The notes under the pieces were generated by a model. It was given only the letters and a program-made list of their open reading frames with translations. It was not told the DNA's origin and searched no databases. A stretch of DNA of 64,000 nucleotides, from NCBI GenBank assembly GCA_001599295.1, contig BCGN01000007.1:1105791-1169790 (forward strand), read 5' to 3'. Within the stretch, counting starts at the first letter, position 1. Each line of letters begins with the position of its first letter. Source of the DNA: Sporopachydermia quercuum (lineage: Eukaryota). Shown here piece after piece: positions 36,770 through 49,579 of this stretch. The translations under genes and the position numbers were made by a program.

Positions 36770-37834
36770 ATGTCTGAGCCCTTGATTATAACCACGGTAG
36801 CTGAATTGAGAGCTTGGAGACGTGAAAAGCTAGTTAAAAATGAGTCTGTTGGCTTTGTAGCTACTATGGGAGCTCTTCATGATGGCCATCTATCTCTAGG
36901 TATGTTATTTCTCATTACTTCATTGTGTATTTGCGGAGTCATCTCACAGATTCTTATCTTGTACTAACAAAATACAGTCAAAGAGTCCCTGAAAAACAAC
37001 GACACCACCATTGTTTCCATCTTCGTTAATCCATCTCAGTTTGCTCCAACCGAAGATCTAGATTCTTACCCTAGAAACAACCAAGGAGACATCGATCTCC
37101 TCCAAAGGCTATCTCACACGATACCAGACAACGTCTCAAGGAAGGTCAATGCTGTATTTCTTCCTTCTGTTAAAGAAATGTATCCTTCTGGCATCACTAC
37201 CCATAAGGATAAACAGCAAGGAGCTTTCGTTGTTGTGAAAGGAGTAAGCGAGCAATTAGAAGGTGCCTCAAGACCTCAGTTTTTTTCCGGGGTTGCTACA
37301 GTTGTAACCAAGCTTTTGAACATAGTAACTCCTACCAATGCATATTTTGGCCAAAAGGATATTCAGCAAACTATTGTCGTCAAACGTTTGGTGAAAGATC
37401 TATTGCTGAATACTGTGATCCAAGTGGTAGCTACTACTAGGCACCCGTCTGGTTTAGCAATGAGTTCTAGAAACGAGTATTTGTCACAGGAAGTTCGTGA
37501 TAGAGCTAGCATAATATATAAATCATTAGAAGCTGCCGTTGGGGTTTATAGAACGAGTTCTGGGGAAAAGGTGCCCGTGAAAGACATACTTGCGGCTTTG
37601 CATAGAGTATTAGATCCAGTGGCACAGGCACCTAAGGGCAATATCGACGATGACAGTGATGGCAGTGAGTTCTACCTTGATCTAGAATATGCGTGTATAA
37701 ATGACAAGGAGACGCTTCAAGAGCTGGAATATGTTGATAAGAGCCAAGGGGCTATTTTGAGTCTTGCTGCTTTTGTTCCTAATGGTGATGGCAGCTCTAT
37801 GAGAACAAGGCTTATAGATAATATTGTGTTATAG
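36770..37834 (+). CDS. PAN6: Pantoate-beta-alanine ligase, 2 exons (36770-36899, 36978-37834); alternative in-frame ATG at 36740
   Basis: GFVATMGALHDGHLSL, SIFVNPSQF, YFGQKDIQQ, GLAMSSRN and TRLIDN; intron GTATGT...TACTAAC...CAG. Confidence 0.96.
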
Positions 37835-38781
37835 GAGTAGAATAAAGATACAGGGATATGTTGATACGAAACAAGAGAAACCAGAGGTTGTGCTGTGAGC
37901 GGCTAGTTGTCTGTTTTATGAGAACATCCAGCTGTTGATATTTGGGGCGTTGCACGAACGACAACAGTTGGAACAAATGACGACTGAAGGAGAGAAGAAG
38001 GCGAGAGAGAAAGAGTATAGAATGAAAGAGGAGATACTGGATTCCAAGGTTCTGAATTCGAAGATTGCAGGTTGTCTATTACATCCATCTTCAAAATCCA
38101 CCATGAAAATAAGAATACTAATCATTCTTCTACCACCATATTTGAGAACTATGAATGAAAAGTTTTGATTTAACTAGCATAAANCAATAAAGTAAATACC
38201 ATACAAAAAAACATGTATAACGGTTCTCTTGTTTATATTTCACTTATAATTATTTATAGTTACTTATAATGACTATTAATCATTTATAAACGAACATAAT
38301 GATGTATATATTATGGCTATCAATCGTATTGTGTGTTAGCACATTGATATGTTCCCAAGGAACTATGAATGACCTTTACGTTAATGAAGACTAATCATAT
38401 TGGCTCCTTTTATATATTCATCTACTGCAATGAGAATAATGAGACCGATTATAGCTTTTAACGCTACATAGCTAACTCGTAATTAAGCAGCTACTAATTG
38501 ATTATTTGCTAGCGCTGTTCATATTAGGTCCCTTATCATAAACTTATATTGACACTAATATCTGCTTGAATCTCTAATAGCTTTAGAGCGGTTGACACAG
38601 AAATATTGATAACATTACAGCTCCATTATGGTGTAATAAACATAACATTAAACATGATAATTCTTTAATGGAGTAAGCATAATAGGCATGGTAAACTGTA
38701 GAAATCTTCAACATATGTCATAAACAGCTACAGCAAAAAGTCATTATGTTCATTATATACTATTATGGTTCTACAAAATCT

Positions 38782-41700
38782 CTATACAATAACCCCTGAA
38801 GCTATAGACCTACCATCCTTCCGAAGAACTATACGGCCTAAATCCTTATTCTTATACGCAGACTCCAAAGGAATCGAACCATCAACGATTTGAATCTCAA
38901 CTAATGCACAGCTTCCACTACTCAAATGGCGAGCGTTCTTCTTCAATTCGTTTCCTGTTTGTTTATCCAATGTTGCTTTAATCTTAGAAATCTTGCCTGG
39001 TAAATTAACACGACCTCTATGAACCATAACAGGAGTTCCTACTAATAAAGGTCTTTTAATAGTAAACACTAGCAATTGACAGTCGAATTTTTGAACAGAT
39101 TCAACTACATTATCAGCAGGACATAAAATATCACCAGCTGCCAGTTCAACAAGGTCTTCGCTGGTTAAACCTTTCAAATCAAGCACTGGGTTCTCTCCTG
39201 ACACGGCTATTTCGCATTTCTTATCGTCAATAGTGATATCTGTTACTACAGCTTCTTTCCCACTAGGGGCAATCACGACATCATCACCGGTTTTCACTAC
39301 ACCGCAGTTTACCCTTCCCTGGACAACTAGAGTATTTCTATGTTCTTTCATGTACACATCAAACACATCTAACCTGAATGGTACATCATATTGACGATTA
39401 ATGGCCTTAATGCTTTCTAAGTTATGAAGAAGAGTTCCTCCTGTATACCATTCGCCTATATGAGTATCAGGATCAGGTTCATTTACCACGTTGAATCCCG
39501 TTAAGCCTGATACTGGTATGAAAGAAACATCACTGAGAGAGAAACCTGAAGCAACTAAGAAATCGCCTAATTTCTGTTTAATTTCTTGATACCTTTCTTG
39601 AGGAGCTGCTACAACGTCTATTTTGTTGACAGCAACAACAAGTTTCTGGATGCCTAGAGATTTCACAAGAACCGTGTGTTCTTTCGTTTGCCCGTCGAGA
39701 TCGAATCCTGATTCAAAAGCATTAGGAGAAGCGTCAATGACTAGCAGAGCAACGTCAGCTTGACTGACGCCAGCAATCATATTAGGCACGAAATCCTGAT
39801 GCCCAGGAGCATCAACAATGGTGAATTTTGTTGTTTTAGTTTCGAAAGAGCTCATACAAATGTCAACTGTGACACCGCTGTAAGATTTGTTAGTATTGTA
39901 GTATTGATCGTAAATAAGGTTCAGTAGTGCATCATAGTGCATATAGAATATGTAAATTAATACATAGACTTGCATTATCATCCATCCGCCCTCATTAATA
40001 TTCGTCAAATGGTACTTACTGAGCACGCTCATCAGCAGTTTGATCCAAAACCCAAGCAAGAGCAAAACTGCCCTTTCCAATGTTCTGGCTTTCTTTCCTC
40101 AGCTGTGCTATTGTCTTCTCGTCAACTGCACCAACATCGTATAATAATCTACCCATCATAGTAGACTTCCCAGCATCAACGTGACCAATAACAACAAAGG
40201 ATATAGTGTTTTTTTCAGCTTTACGGCTGATTTCCTTCTTCACATCAATCTTTGTGTTAGAAACATTGCCTTTCTTCTTCCGCTGGTTCCCAGTGCTAGT
40301 AGAGTTAATATCAAGCTTCTTGATTCCATCAGCTACATTGCTATTAGCATTGAAAGCAGCTTGCTGAGCCTCAAGCACTTTGGCATCTGGCGATGGATTG
40401 GAAAATCCTGCTTTTGCCTTCTGGCTTGTTTTGGACACTGGATATAAAAGACAGGATATGTTAGAAGATTGTAAATAGTTGGGATGTTCAATGGTACGAT
40501 TAATGGCTGCAGGGATATTCGATATGAGGAAAACAGAGATTGATGAGTTTGGGCTTATGGATTGCAGTTTTGGATTGGTGAATAATGTGTTATTGCACAG
40601 TTCCTCAAGCGATTTTTGTTTGTCTTTGATTACCTGATGAGGGAAACGAGTTTCAGTAGAAGTAGCTACAGAAGCTTTAGCTCCCTTAGTGCCATTAGAG
40701 CCAGCAGGGCTAGCGTCATCGAAATCAGAGGAATGTTCAGTGTGTTGTTTCCGCTTATATTTCAATTTCGCCAGACTTCGTTTCGTAGAAGTAGCAGAGT
40801 CTAATGATTCGACTGTGCTTGATGAGCTTGATTGTCTGAAAAGGCTTAGCCTGCTTTGAGAAATGGGGTTAGGATTGGTCCCTGAGGAGTCAGTGGAAGA
40901 GCGTGGCAGATCACGTGATCTGGTGATCTTTCCAGTCAAGAAAGTGTCCTCNCTGGAGCTGTCTCCGCTACTAGCATTACTATAACTATGGCTCTGGTTC
41001 TGGTTCTTATGCTTAGTTCTGAAAGCTGCTAGTCTATTTGATGGTTTCTCGGCTTTTCCTAACTCCCGGCTTCCTTTCTTTGCCAACAGCAGCTGTTCCA
41101 GTTTAGAAAGAGGTTTCTGCCGTTGATTCATTGACTCATCAGTACCAATTGACGTCTGGTGTTCTTGTAGCTCCTGCTGTTCATTATCTTTCTGTAGTAT
41201 ATCATCACCATGAGCCCCAGTTTTCTTTTTCTCTCTTAATAGCGAAAGCTTTGAAGTCAATTTCGACTTTGAAGCTATTTCTGAACTTGGAACATCTTCA
41301 CCACCTAAATAAGCCCGAAAACCCAAACCCTTTTAGAATGTGTTCCTAATAAGCAACGAAGAAGAGATAAAATAGAATAAGAATAAATGAGAAAAGGATT
41401 AAAGGCATCAACAGGATATGCTGTTGTATGCATGATTCAAAGAAATATAGAAAGGTGATTTACGCAAATCATACATACCAGTAGTTGGCTTGAGTTTTAG
41501 CTTATGTTTAGTCTTTAACACTTGGAACGACTTATTCACATCAAAGTACTGTAACCATAGAACGTCTCTCAGCTCATCGTCGGAAATTGAATGTTTATAA
41601 TCGTTTAATTTTGCCTTCAAGCTTGGCAAAAGCTTGTTTATTTCTTCTTCATCTTCAGGGGTTATTTCTATAGTTGTTAGTACTGACCGTCCAATGNAAC

Positions 41701-42019
41701 GAGACACTAGAGATGTTGATGCAGAATGTGACATGCTGCAAATCACTCAACAGTCTAATAGTGAATATTTGTTGCTTATCTTATTATCCAACGGCACTTA
41801 CCGTTCTCGTCGCTATAGTGATCATCGCTATAGTATTCCAAGTCTAAATAATGTAAATAGTTAGCAAAGGCAAATTAGACACTATACATCTCTAACTATT
41901 TACTAACAATGATGCTCATTGCAATAGCTTTCATCTTCGTATACTCAGCTATTTCTATCCTTATTTCACCAGCTCACTTTTGCATACATACCATCATCGT
42001 CATAATCAAGTTTACCCAT
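38782..42019 (-). CDS. HBS1: HBS1/SKI7 translational GTPase. Exons 42019-41992, 41843-41802, 41667-41479, then 41304-40020 (long, about 879 aa) or 40332-40020 (short, about 555 aa), and 39877-38782
   Basis: Hbs1 N-domain (DDELRDVLWLQYFDVNKS); GHVDAGKST, DAPGH, NKID and SGLTG; EF-Tu-like domains II and III; Ski7-like FSNPSPD..V.EAQ in the long exon; all junctions GT-AG and in frame. Confidence 0.93.
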
Positions 42020-42591
42020 TATACTAGATCACTGTGAATGCAATGTCAATACAATATGATATGTGATGTGTTGATTCAATTCCTACCATACAGTGCTATC
42101 CGTCAGTAAAATAACCAAATAGCAACTTCTTCGTCAGCTTCTAATTACTAGATTTATAGTTATCTTTTCTTCTATATGATCCAGTTAGATCTTCTATTTA
42201 ACTGTCGATACCTTTTTATTCCTTTTATCACTTATTACAAGAACCAGACAGAATGAATGATCGAGTTGATGGACATTGAAAATACACAGACCACATGTCC
42301 CATGATAGGTACCCTGATTTATTACAATCTGGCTGAACCTCGGAAAATATGCAATTAGTCATCTTCTCCGATACATGTTCATATCGGAAATTATTTAAAC
42401 CCTCTTCCTTATAATATCCGGAGTTTCCTTTTAGGAGTAAAGTACCCGAAATCGGATAATTAATCCCAAAATAGCAATTGGATTAATTAGGCTGATAAAT
42501 AGCTGATAAATGCCTGATGAAATAATCAATCAATCATTGATCATCACGTTAGCTACTGTTACTTAATTTTCTACGCTATGTTAAATATTAT

Positions 42592-42609
42592 TATATATAT
42601 ATATATATA
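42592..42609. repeat. (AT)n microsatellite
   Basis: Direct reading of the sequence. Confidence 0.85.
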
Positions 42610-43053
42610 AATATATCATCTTTACTCTACTTTATAGCAAGGGTAAAATCATTTTTTGAGAACCTTTAATATTCGTATAAATGAGTAATAGTTTGTTGGC
42701 ATTGTTGCAATTATCTTGTGCAGATCAAATTGAACGTTCAAATGCTCGGTCAAGTAAACAAGAGCAATTAACTGGAAAAGATCAACAAAAGATCAACCAG
42801 ATTAAAAAGCAAACTCACCATAAACAAACCAATTAATATTTAAACTAAATAGCGACAAGTAAGGACAACAAGTGAAAGCTGCCTAGGTATCGACAAGCTT
42901 TGGAGACGACGGTACTGCGGGTATAGTTTTGTGTGTTCAGTTGTAGATGTTATACAGTTTACAACAGTAAGCGCCTTGATAGTAAAGAGTCAGCGCTTAG
43001 TTTTAGGAAAAAGGAAGCTCACTAAGTTTCATATTTATAATTCTCGCTACATA

Positions 43054-43936
43054 ATGGGATTGTCATTGGATACAACGCTCGCGGTTATAAAAAACGTGAT
43101 TGTGAGCTCAATTCCGCCTCCAGATACGTGGAAACGTGAGAGAAACAAAGGAGAATTCTACGCCGCAGATTGGCTGGGTATGGAGGTACTCTGGGAAGGC
43201 ACAGTGATCATAAATCAGGTAGAAGTGTTTGAAGATGATGATCAAGGAAACCAAACAAACGATTTGGACACTTATTGCGAACTGCTATTCGTGAAGAACG
43301 TAAAATCNCCAGAAACAACAACATTTATGACAGTTCGGTACAACCCATTTGAAGAGTCAGAAGCACCGGAACTAATAGGAGTAGTGGAATGCCAAGATTT
43401 CAGAAAGAATTTTGTTGTATTCCCTCTTGTTCAAGATATTGAAGGAGATGGAGTTGTGCGATTAGCACTGTGTGCCAGACTCAAGTCTATCGGCGATGCT
43501 ACGGACTTTGAGTTCGCTTTAGAAGACTATAGAAAGTAAGTATTGAGGACACCGAGGGAACAGAGGGAACTGATAAGAAAGCTCTTTCTCGACATTTTGG
43601 AAACTGAATTATCGACGTTGTACTAACAACTTGAATTATAGCACTGCTAGATCCATTTTAAACAAGTACGAAGAACCAAGCAACACAACAACGATAAGTA
43701 AAATGTCGTCAGCGAGCAGCGACAGTGCCAGAGGACAAAACTTTGATGACGATGATGATGATGATGATGAGAGTTCTGCTATTAACATACCTTCACTAAA
43801 AGCACCTCCAACAAGCTCGGTGCAAGATGGAATAAATACACCGTTTTCTGAGCTAACAGTGCAGGTTGATACCAATTACGATGATGATGATGACGACGAC
43901 GACGATTTTGGCGACTTCAATGAGTCTGTCTCATAG
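43054..43936 (+). CDS. NECAP-like adaptin-ear-binding protein (PHear domain), 2 exons (43054-43535, 43642-43936), about 258 aa
   Basis: IPPP...YAADW...LWEG...DATDFEFALEDY pattern matches NECAP PHear; acidic C-terminal DDDFGDF motif; intron GTAAGT...TACTAAC...TAG. Confidence 0.72.
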
Positions 43937-44389
43937 AAGTGCCGGAGGGACCCTTAGAATATCTACGCTAAATATGCATGTAAGGCAGTTCTTTACAATT
44001 TGGATGGAACAAAGCAATAGCAATACAGAATAAACTGAATGTAATAATGGAACAAAGCCAAAGAAATATTGAATATTATATACAGAATTGACAATTGCTC
44101 TAAACAACTATCTCAATTACCTTTAATAGAAGCAAAAATGACAAGGGCAGTGAGATTTAAACAATGTCAAATAATCAATAGACAGCCAGTTGCACTTTTA
44201 TGTACATAATCACCAAGAAAAATGCTTCAGATCATAGCTATAAATGTTATGTTATATCAGTGCATTGTTCATCTATCATATCTTAGTGAACATATTATAG
44301 TGTAGAACATATTACACCACTAATACTATCAAATACTAATATATGCATCACCAGTATAAATAGAAACCGACTTTCGTCTATCATAACAT

Positions 44390-44995
44390 TTACTCATCCC
44401 GATACCTAAGTTTCTTTCTCTTCGCACTATCAGCCTTAGCAAGAACCTTAGATTTACCCCATGAACTCTTGATAATCTCCAGCCTTCTATTCATTTCTTT
44501 AACCTGCTCTTCACTAGCTTGTGAACATAGCGAGATGAAAAACTTGGAACAATTGAACTTTTTGGCCAAAACAGCTCGTGTGTTAGTAACAGGATCTTCT
44601 CTTCGTAGACTTCTGATCTCAGCAATGTCGGCTTCAGTTAAATGGTACTTCTTAGCTGATTCACTCAGCTTTGGCATATATTGTAGCTGTTCATCCGGAA
44701 CGACAGAGACACGAACGTTGTATTCGAATTTCTTTCTAGGGTCTGACTCAGGAATAAATAGATTTGGGGTTTCTGTTGCAGGTTTAGCTGATGGAGCTGG
44801 TGTGTAGAATAATCCATCTCGGATAATTGGATTCACGTTTGACGCTGATTTCACTGGATTGTATTTACCTTCCACTCTGTTGATTTCTGGAATAACAGAG
44901 TCATGTTTGAATCTTCTGGCGGCATTGGAGAATTTTTGCGTGACATTTGAGCTTGAAGCCAATCTCAAACTTCTCGTGCTGAATTTCAAACTCAT
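44390..44995 (-). CDS. MRPL20: Mitochondrial large-subunit ribosomal protein mL58, 201 aa
   Basis: Presequence; YTPAPS, TPNLFIPESDPR and YHLTEADIAEIRSLRREDP...LAKKFNCS; divergent from PRP16 as in S. cerevisiae. Confidence 0.9.
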   Translation of the reverse strand: MSLKFSTRSLRLASSSNVTQKFSNAARRFKHDSVIPEINRVEGKYNPVKSASNVNPIIRDGLFYTPAPSAKPATETPNLFIPESDPRKKFEYNVRVSVVPDEQLQYMPKLSESAKKYHLTEADIAEIRSLRREDPVTNTRAVLAKKFNCSKFFISLCSQASEEQVKEMNRRLEIIKSSWGKSKVLAKADSAKRKKLRYRDE

Positions 44996-45848
44996 TTTTG
45001 ATGGATTCGTTGTAGATAAGTGTATGGGATGTGAGATTGCTGTTTGTATGTTTGCACAGTTTCCTTCAGAACGTGGAATGNTGGCAAGACAAATGATAGT
45101 TATATGCTATTCTTTGGCAACGATTGTTTGTTTTCAGTCCAATATTCTCTTACCAATACTTTCTTTCCAATAATTCCTTACCAATGCTCACTCTGTTCCA
45201 CTATCTTTCCCGTACTATGTATGATATGATATTCGTTATTGAGTTCAAACCAGAGATGTACAACTGAACTGTTGAATCTATCTTCTGTCAAATACGTGCT
45301 GTTGCTGTACTAGGCAAATCGCTATCGGCGACTCTTAGAACTCCAATTATGATATGATATGATATGGTAATAATAAGTTTAAAAGACTAAGAAATGCAGT
45401 GTCATCATCATCCCATTAGCCGCTGTGCTATGCTAAGGGTCTTTTGATTTGATATTTCATTCCCAACGAATTTTTCAGTGATGAATGAAAAGGGAGTTAC
45501 CCGGAAGGTGTCTCATTTAGGGGGACAGGAATGTGAATGAAGAGAAATGGAGATAAAGGGGCTTCTCAAGACTTGACAAAATGTATGAATAACATAGAGC
45601 AAAGAATGAGTCAATTGGAAGGTTAGTAACGTGACTAATATGATCTTTTCGCTCTCCCCCTTTATATCTTTTCCGTTATTTTCAAAATGCAAACATTATC
45701 TCTTATTAACAATACTTTCATCAATTACTATCCATTTACTCCCATACACGACCAGTAAATGTTCGTACTTATGTAACTTATTACGCTGAGAATTGTCTAT
45801 TTCACCCGAATCTGCATTTTCTCCGGATTATCTTTCCGTGAAAGGAAT

Positions 45849-48800
45849 ATGACCAGTATCAACAACAATGATACCTCTGCCACTTCTGCAACTTCTGGGA
45901 ACTCTGGTAGCTCTTCTAGCAGTGACCTGAGCCAAAAGATAGCTACAATTCTCACTGATGAATCAAATGCTGTCAATACGACTTTTGCTGCTCAGATAAT
46001 GAAAATATGTCAATCCCAACAAGATGTGACCTCGTTTATCAATGTTGCAAAGGTCCTAGGAAAGTTCTCTAATGACAAGCTGAGCGCTGTATATAAGTTG
46101 GTGAAAGATAGTAGTGGAGGTTCAGGGATAAAAAAAGCTGTTGCAACAATTGAGACTGCGACTCCGACTGCTATTCCTACTGGAAACGATGATTCTACTG
46201 ACAGATATACTAAGAAAGCACTATCAACAGGGAAAAGCTCACTTTTAGATTATGATGAGCAAATCGAAGATGACGAGCTTGCGTCAACTCCAGTGATCAA
46301 GTTCAAACGGCAAAACAAATTCTTTGCTAAAACAGCGGCATCATTAACTTCAGGATCAGGAAAGAAAAGAGTGAAACTGGATTTTGACGATTCTTCTGAA
46401 CCAGAAAGTGACGTATCCTCTACAATTAATAGTCAATATATTCCTACAACTCTTCCTGCTACTAGCAGTAATGCTGACAAGCCGGGTTTATCTCAAGCGG
46501 CTTCTAAAAGACTTCAAGAGATCCAACAGAAAAGAAGGCAGAAAAACCAGGATTTCGCTGCTACTTCTACTTCAACCGCTACTTCTACTAAATCTATTTC
46601 CAGAGTGTCATCTTCTGCTAATCCAACTTCTCTGTATCATGACGGCGACACCAACACCTACGCCGACACCGACCCCTATTATCCTGGTGATATACCTGAG
46701 GAAGACACGGAAACTGCCATAGCATTGGAACGCGATTGGTACGGGGCCGATGAAACCACTGGCTCTCATGTCCCCGGTGACGATTCTCACAACCCGTTCA
46801 CGGACTCCACCATATATAACACTACAGAAGAGTCCAATTTAGAGAGAAAGTTTCAGAAGAGGATCTCTCTGGCCCGTAGAGAGAAAATACGTGATAACGA
46901 GCTGTGGGAAGACAACCAGTTACGCCAATCTGGTGTTGCAGGCACCAGAAGAGCCAATATTGACGTGAACGAGGACTCTAAAGACTCCCGGATAATCCTT
47001 ACTGTGCACCACTTGGTACCGCCTTTTCTCGATGGCAGGAACACATTCACGACTCAGAAAGACCCCGTGCCAGCGTTTCGCGATAGCCAGAGCGATCTGG
47101 CGGTGATAGCAAGGAAAGGAAGTGCGCTGGTGAGAGAACGGAAGCAGCAGAGAGAAATCCAGCGCCAAGCAAGACAGGCAGCTTCGCTAGAGGGCACTTC
47201 CCTGGGAAACATGCTAGGCGTGGAAGACAAGGTGAAAAAGGAAGTTTTACAACACGAGAGAGAAAACAACAGCGGAAAAGAAGCTGGCGATAGCAAATTT
47301 GCTGATCACTTCAAGAATAGCAGCAATTCCACCAGATTGGCCCTTATAAACCAACGGAGATCCTTGCCTGCGTTTGCTGTGCGCGAACAGCTTCTCACAG
47401 TAATAAAAGATAACCAGGTGACTATCGTCATAGGCGAAACTGGTTCAGGAAAGACCACCCAATTGACTCAATATCTCTACGAACAAGGCTACGGCAAACA
47501 GGGCATGATAGGCTGCACCCAGCCGAGAAGAGTAGCTGCTATGAGTGTGGCTAAACGGGTCAGCGAGGAAATGGACGTTAAACTGGGTTCTACGGTTGGC
47601 TATACAATTAGATTTGAAGATATTACCAGCAAAGACACCGTGATCAAGTATATGACCGATGGCGTGTTGCTTCGGGAATCTCTTATAGATAAAGACCTTG
47701 ATAAATACTCTTGTATTATTATGGATGAAGCTCACGAGCGAGCATTAAATACCGATGTACTATTGGCACTGTTTAAACGTATATTGACGAGAAGACGGGA
47801 TCTGAAGCTGATAGTAACGTCTGCTACTATGAATGCAGACAGATTCTCGGAGTATTTTGGCACGGCGCCGCAGTTTACTATCCCTGGGCGTACGTTCCCA
47901 GTTGACGTTTTGTTTGCCAAATCTCCCGTAGAGGATTATGTGGCGGCAGCTGTGAAACAGGTTCTCACGATACATTTCCAGGGATCACCGGGAGACATTT
48001 TAGTGTTTATGACTGGCCAGGAGGATATCGAGGTCACGTGCGAGGTAATAGCGGAAAAGATGTCAACTTTCGAAGATACTCCCAAACTGGAAATTCTGCC
48101 TATTTACTCGCAAATGCCCGCAGATTTGCAAGCGAAAATCTTTGATAAGGCAGAACCCGGTGTCCGGAAAGTGGTGGTGGCTACAAACATTGCCGAAACG
48201 TCTTTAACCCTGGACNNCGTAATGTATGTTGTAGACTGTGGCTATAGCAAGCTGAAGGTGTATAATCCGAAGATGGGAATGGACACTTTACAGGTTGTCC
48301 CAATATCTTTGGCTAATGCCAATCAACGGTCTGGCCGGGCTGGGAGGACGGGAAAAGGGACAGCGTATCGTCTGTACACGGAACGGGCATCTCGTGACGA
48401 AATGTACCCTCAGACAATTCCCGAGATCCAACGGACAAATTTAAGCAATACACTGCTACTGCTGAAATCACTAGGAATCAATGATTTGCTCCAGTTTGAT
48501 ATAATGGACCCGCCGCCGGAAGATACTATGACAGCAAGTTTGTATGATCTCTGGGCAATTGGAGCATTGGATAACTTTGGGCAGCTTACGCCGTTAGGCA
48601 GGAAAATGTCTACTTTCCCTATGGAACCAACCCTATCTAAGCTTTTGATAGAATCGACAAAATATGGCTGTTCAGAGGAAATGGTGATCATTGTTTCTAT
48701 GTTATCGGTACCAAATGTCTTTTATAGACCAAAGGAAAGAGAAGAGGAGTCTGATGCGGCAAGAGAGAAGTTTTTCGTACCGGAATCTGATCATTTGACG

Positions 48801-49472
48801 CTTCTACATGTTTACACACAATGGAGAGCCAATAGGTATTCAGGAGTATGGTGTAGTAGGCATTTCCTGCATAATAAATCTTTGCGGAGAGCAAAAGAGA
48901 TCAAAGAACAGCTGGAATCTATTATGGTGAAGCAACGGTTTCCCATTAAATCCTGTGGCTCCGATTGGGACGTCATAAGGAAATGTATATGCACTGGATA
49001 CTTTTCTCAAGCGGCCAAAGTGAAAGGATTTGGAGAATATTCAAGTCTGCGTACAGGGATGGAGATGAAGTTGCATCCTACCAGTGCTTTATATGGGTTA
49101 GGCTATTTGCCTGATTATGTAGTGTATCATGAATTGATTCTCACCACTAAGGAATATATGAGCGTGGTTACTGCTGTTGATGCCCGCTGGCTGGGAGATT
49201 TCGGCGGAGTGTTCTATGAAGTGAAAGAGAAGGAATTTATTGCAGGAGAAAGCGAGGCTGTTGTGAAGCAGACGTTTTCACGCAAAGCTGAGCTGGAAGC
49301 AAAGATAGCTGCTGATCGGGAGACAATGGAGCTGCGGAAATCGGTTGACAAGGTTAAAAAAAACAATAAGGATAAATCTATATCAAACAGTGTTTCGGTA
49401 GGTTATTTGACGGGTTCCAATGGCAGAGGAATTCGGAATAAACGTGGAGGCCGAGTCCGAAGAGCGTTCTGA
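45849..49472 (+). CDS. PRP16: Spliceosomal DEAH-box helicase Prp16, 1207 aa
   Basis: [16 protein letters not shown] and QRSGRAGR; Prp16-specific ERDWY, PPFLDGR and KGSALVRE. Confidence 0.97.
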   Translation: MTSINNNDTSATSATSGNSGSSSSSDLSQKIATILTDESNAVNTTFAAQIMKICQSQQDVTSFINVAKVLGKFSNDKLSAVYKLVKDSSGGSGIKKAVATIETATPTAIPTGNDDSTDRYTKKALSTGKSSLLDYDEQIEDDELASTPVIKFKRQNKFFAKTAASLTSGSGKKRVKLDFDDSSEPESDVSSTINSQYIPTTLPATSSNADKPGLSQAASKRLQEIQQKRRQKNQDFAATSTSTATSTKSISRVSSSANPTSLYHDGDTNTYADTDPYYPGDIPEEDTETAIALERDWYGADETTGSHVPGDDSHNPFTDSTIYNTTEESNLERKFQKRISLARREKIRDNELWEDNQLRQSGVAGTRRANIDVNEDSKDSRIILTVHHLVPPFLDGRNTFTTQKDPVPAFRDSQSDLAVIARKGSALVRERKQQREIQRQARQAASLEGTSLGNMLGVEDKVKKEVLQHERENNSGKEAGDSKFADHFKNSSNSTRLALINQRRSLPAFAVREQLLTVIKDNQVTIVIGETGSGKTTQLTQYLYEQGYGKQGMIGCTQPRRVAAMSVAKRVSEEMDVKLGSTVGYTIRFEDITSKDTVIKYMTDGVLLRESLIDKDLDKYSCIIMDEAHERALNTDVLLALFKRILTRRRDLKLIVTSATMNADRFSEYFGTAPQFTIPGRTFPVDVLFAKSPVEDYVAAAVKQVLTIHFQGSPGDILVFMTGQEDIEVTCEVIAEKMSTFEDTPKLEILPIYSQMPADLQAKIFDKAEPGVRKVVVATNIAETSLTLDXVMYVVDCGYSKLKVYNPKMGMDTLQVVPISLANANQRSGRAGRTGKGTAYRLYTERASRDEMYPQTIPEIQRTNLSNTLLLLKSLGINDLLQFDIMDPPPEDTMTASLYDLWAIGALDNFGQLTPLGRKMSTFPMEPTLSKLLIESTKYGCSEEMVIIVSMLSVPNVFYRPKEREEESDAAREKFFVPESDHLTLLHVYTQWRANRYSGVWCSRHFLHNKSLRRAKEIKEQLESIMVKQRFPIKSCGSDWDVIRKCICTGYFSQAAKVKGFGEYSSLRTGMEMKLHPTSALYGLGYLPDYVVYHELILTTKEYMSVVTAVDARWLGDFGGVFYEVKEKEFIAGESEAVVKQTFSRKAELEAKIAADRETMELRKSVDKVKKNNKDKSISNSVSVGYLTGSNGRGIRNKRGGRVRRAF

Positions 49473-49579
49473 AGTGTCTCCAGAAAAGCCCCTCGATAAA
49501 ATATTTCGGAGACTATGTAAAAAAGCGGAGATGGTATGGATGAAAATCATTATTTCCGGTTTAATTTTTATTGTTGATT

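Noticed and set aside
41346..41348. Third HBS1 acceptor giving a truncated isoform
   Set aside because: It leads to a stop at 41305 and has no convincing branch point.
47790..48470. CUG codon reassignment (Ser or Ala clades)
   Set aside because: CTG encodes conserved Leu in Prp16 (RDLKLI, ILPIYSQ, KLKVY, RLYTE, TLLLLKS), Cdc21 (LLTTK) and enolase (LLKVNQ), so the standard code applies.
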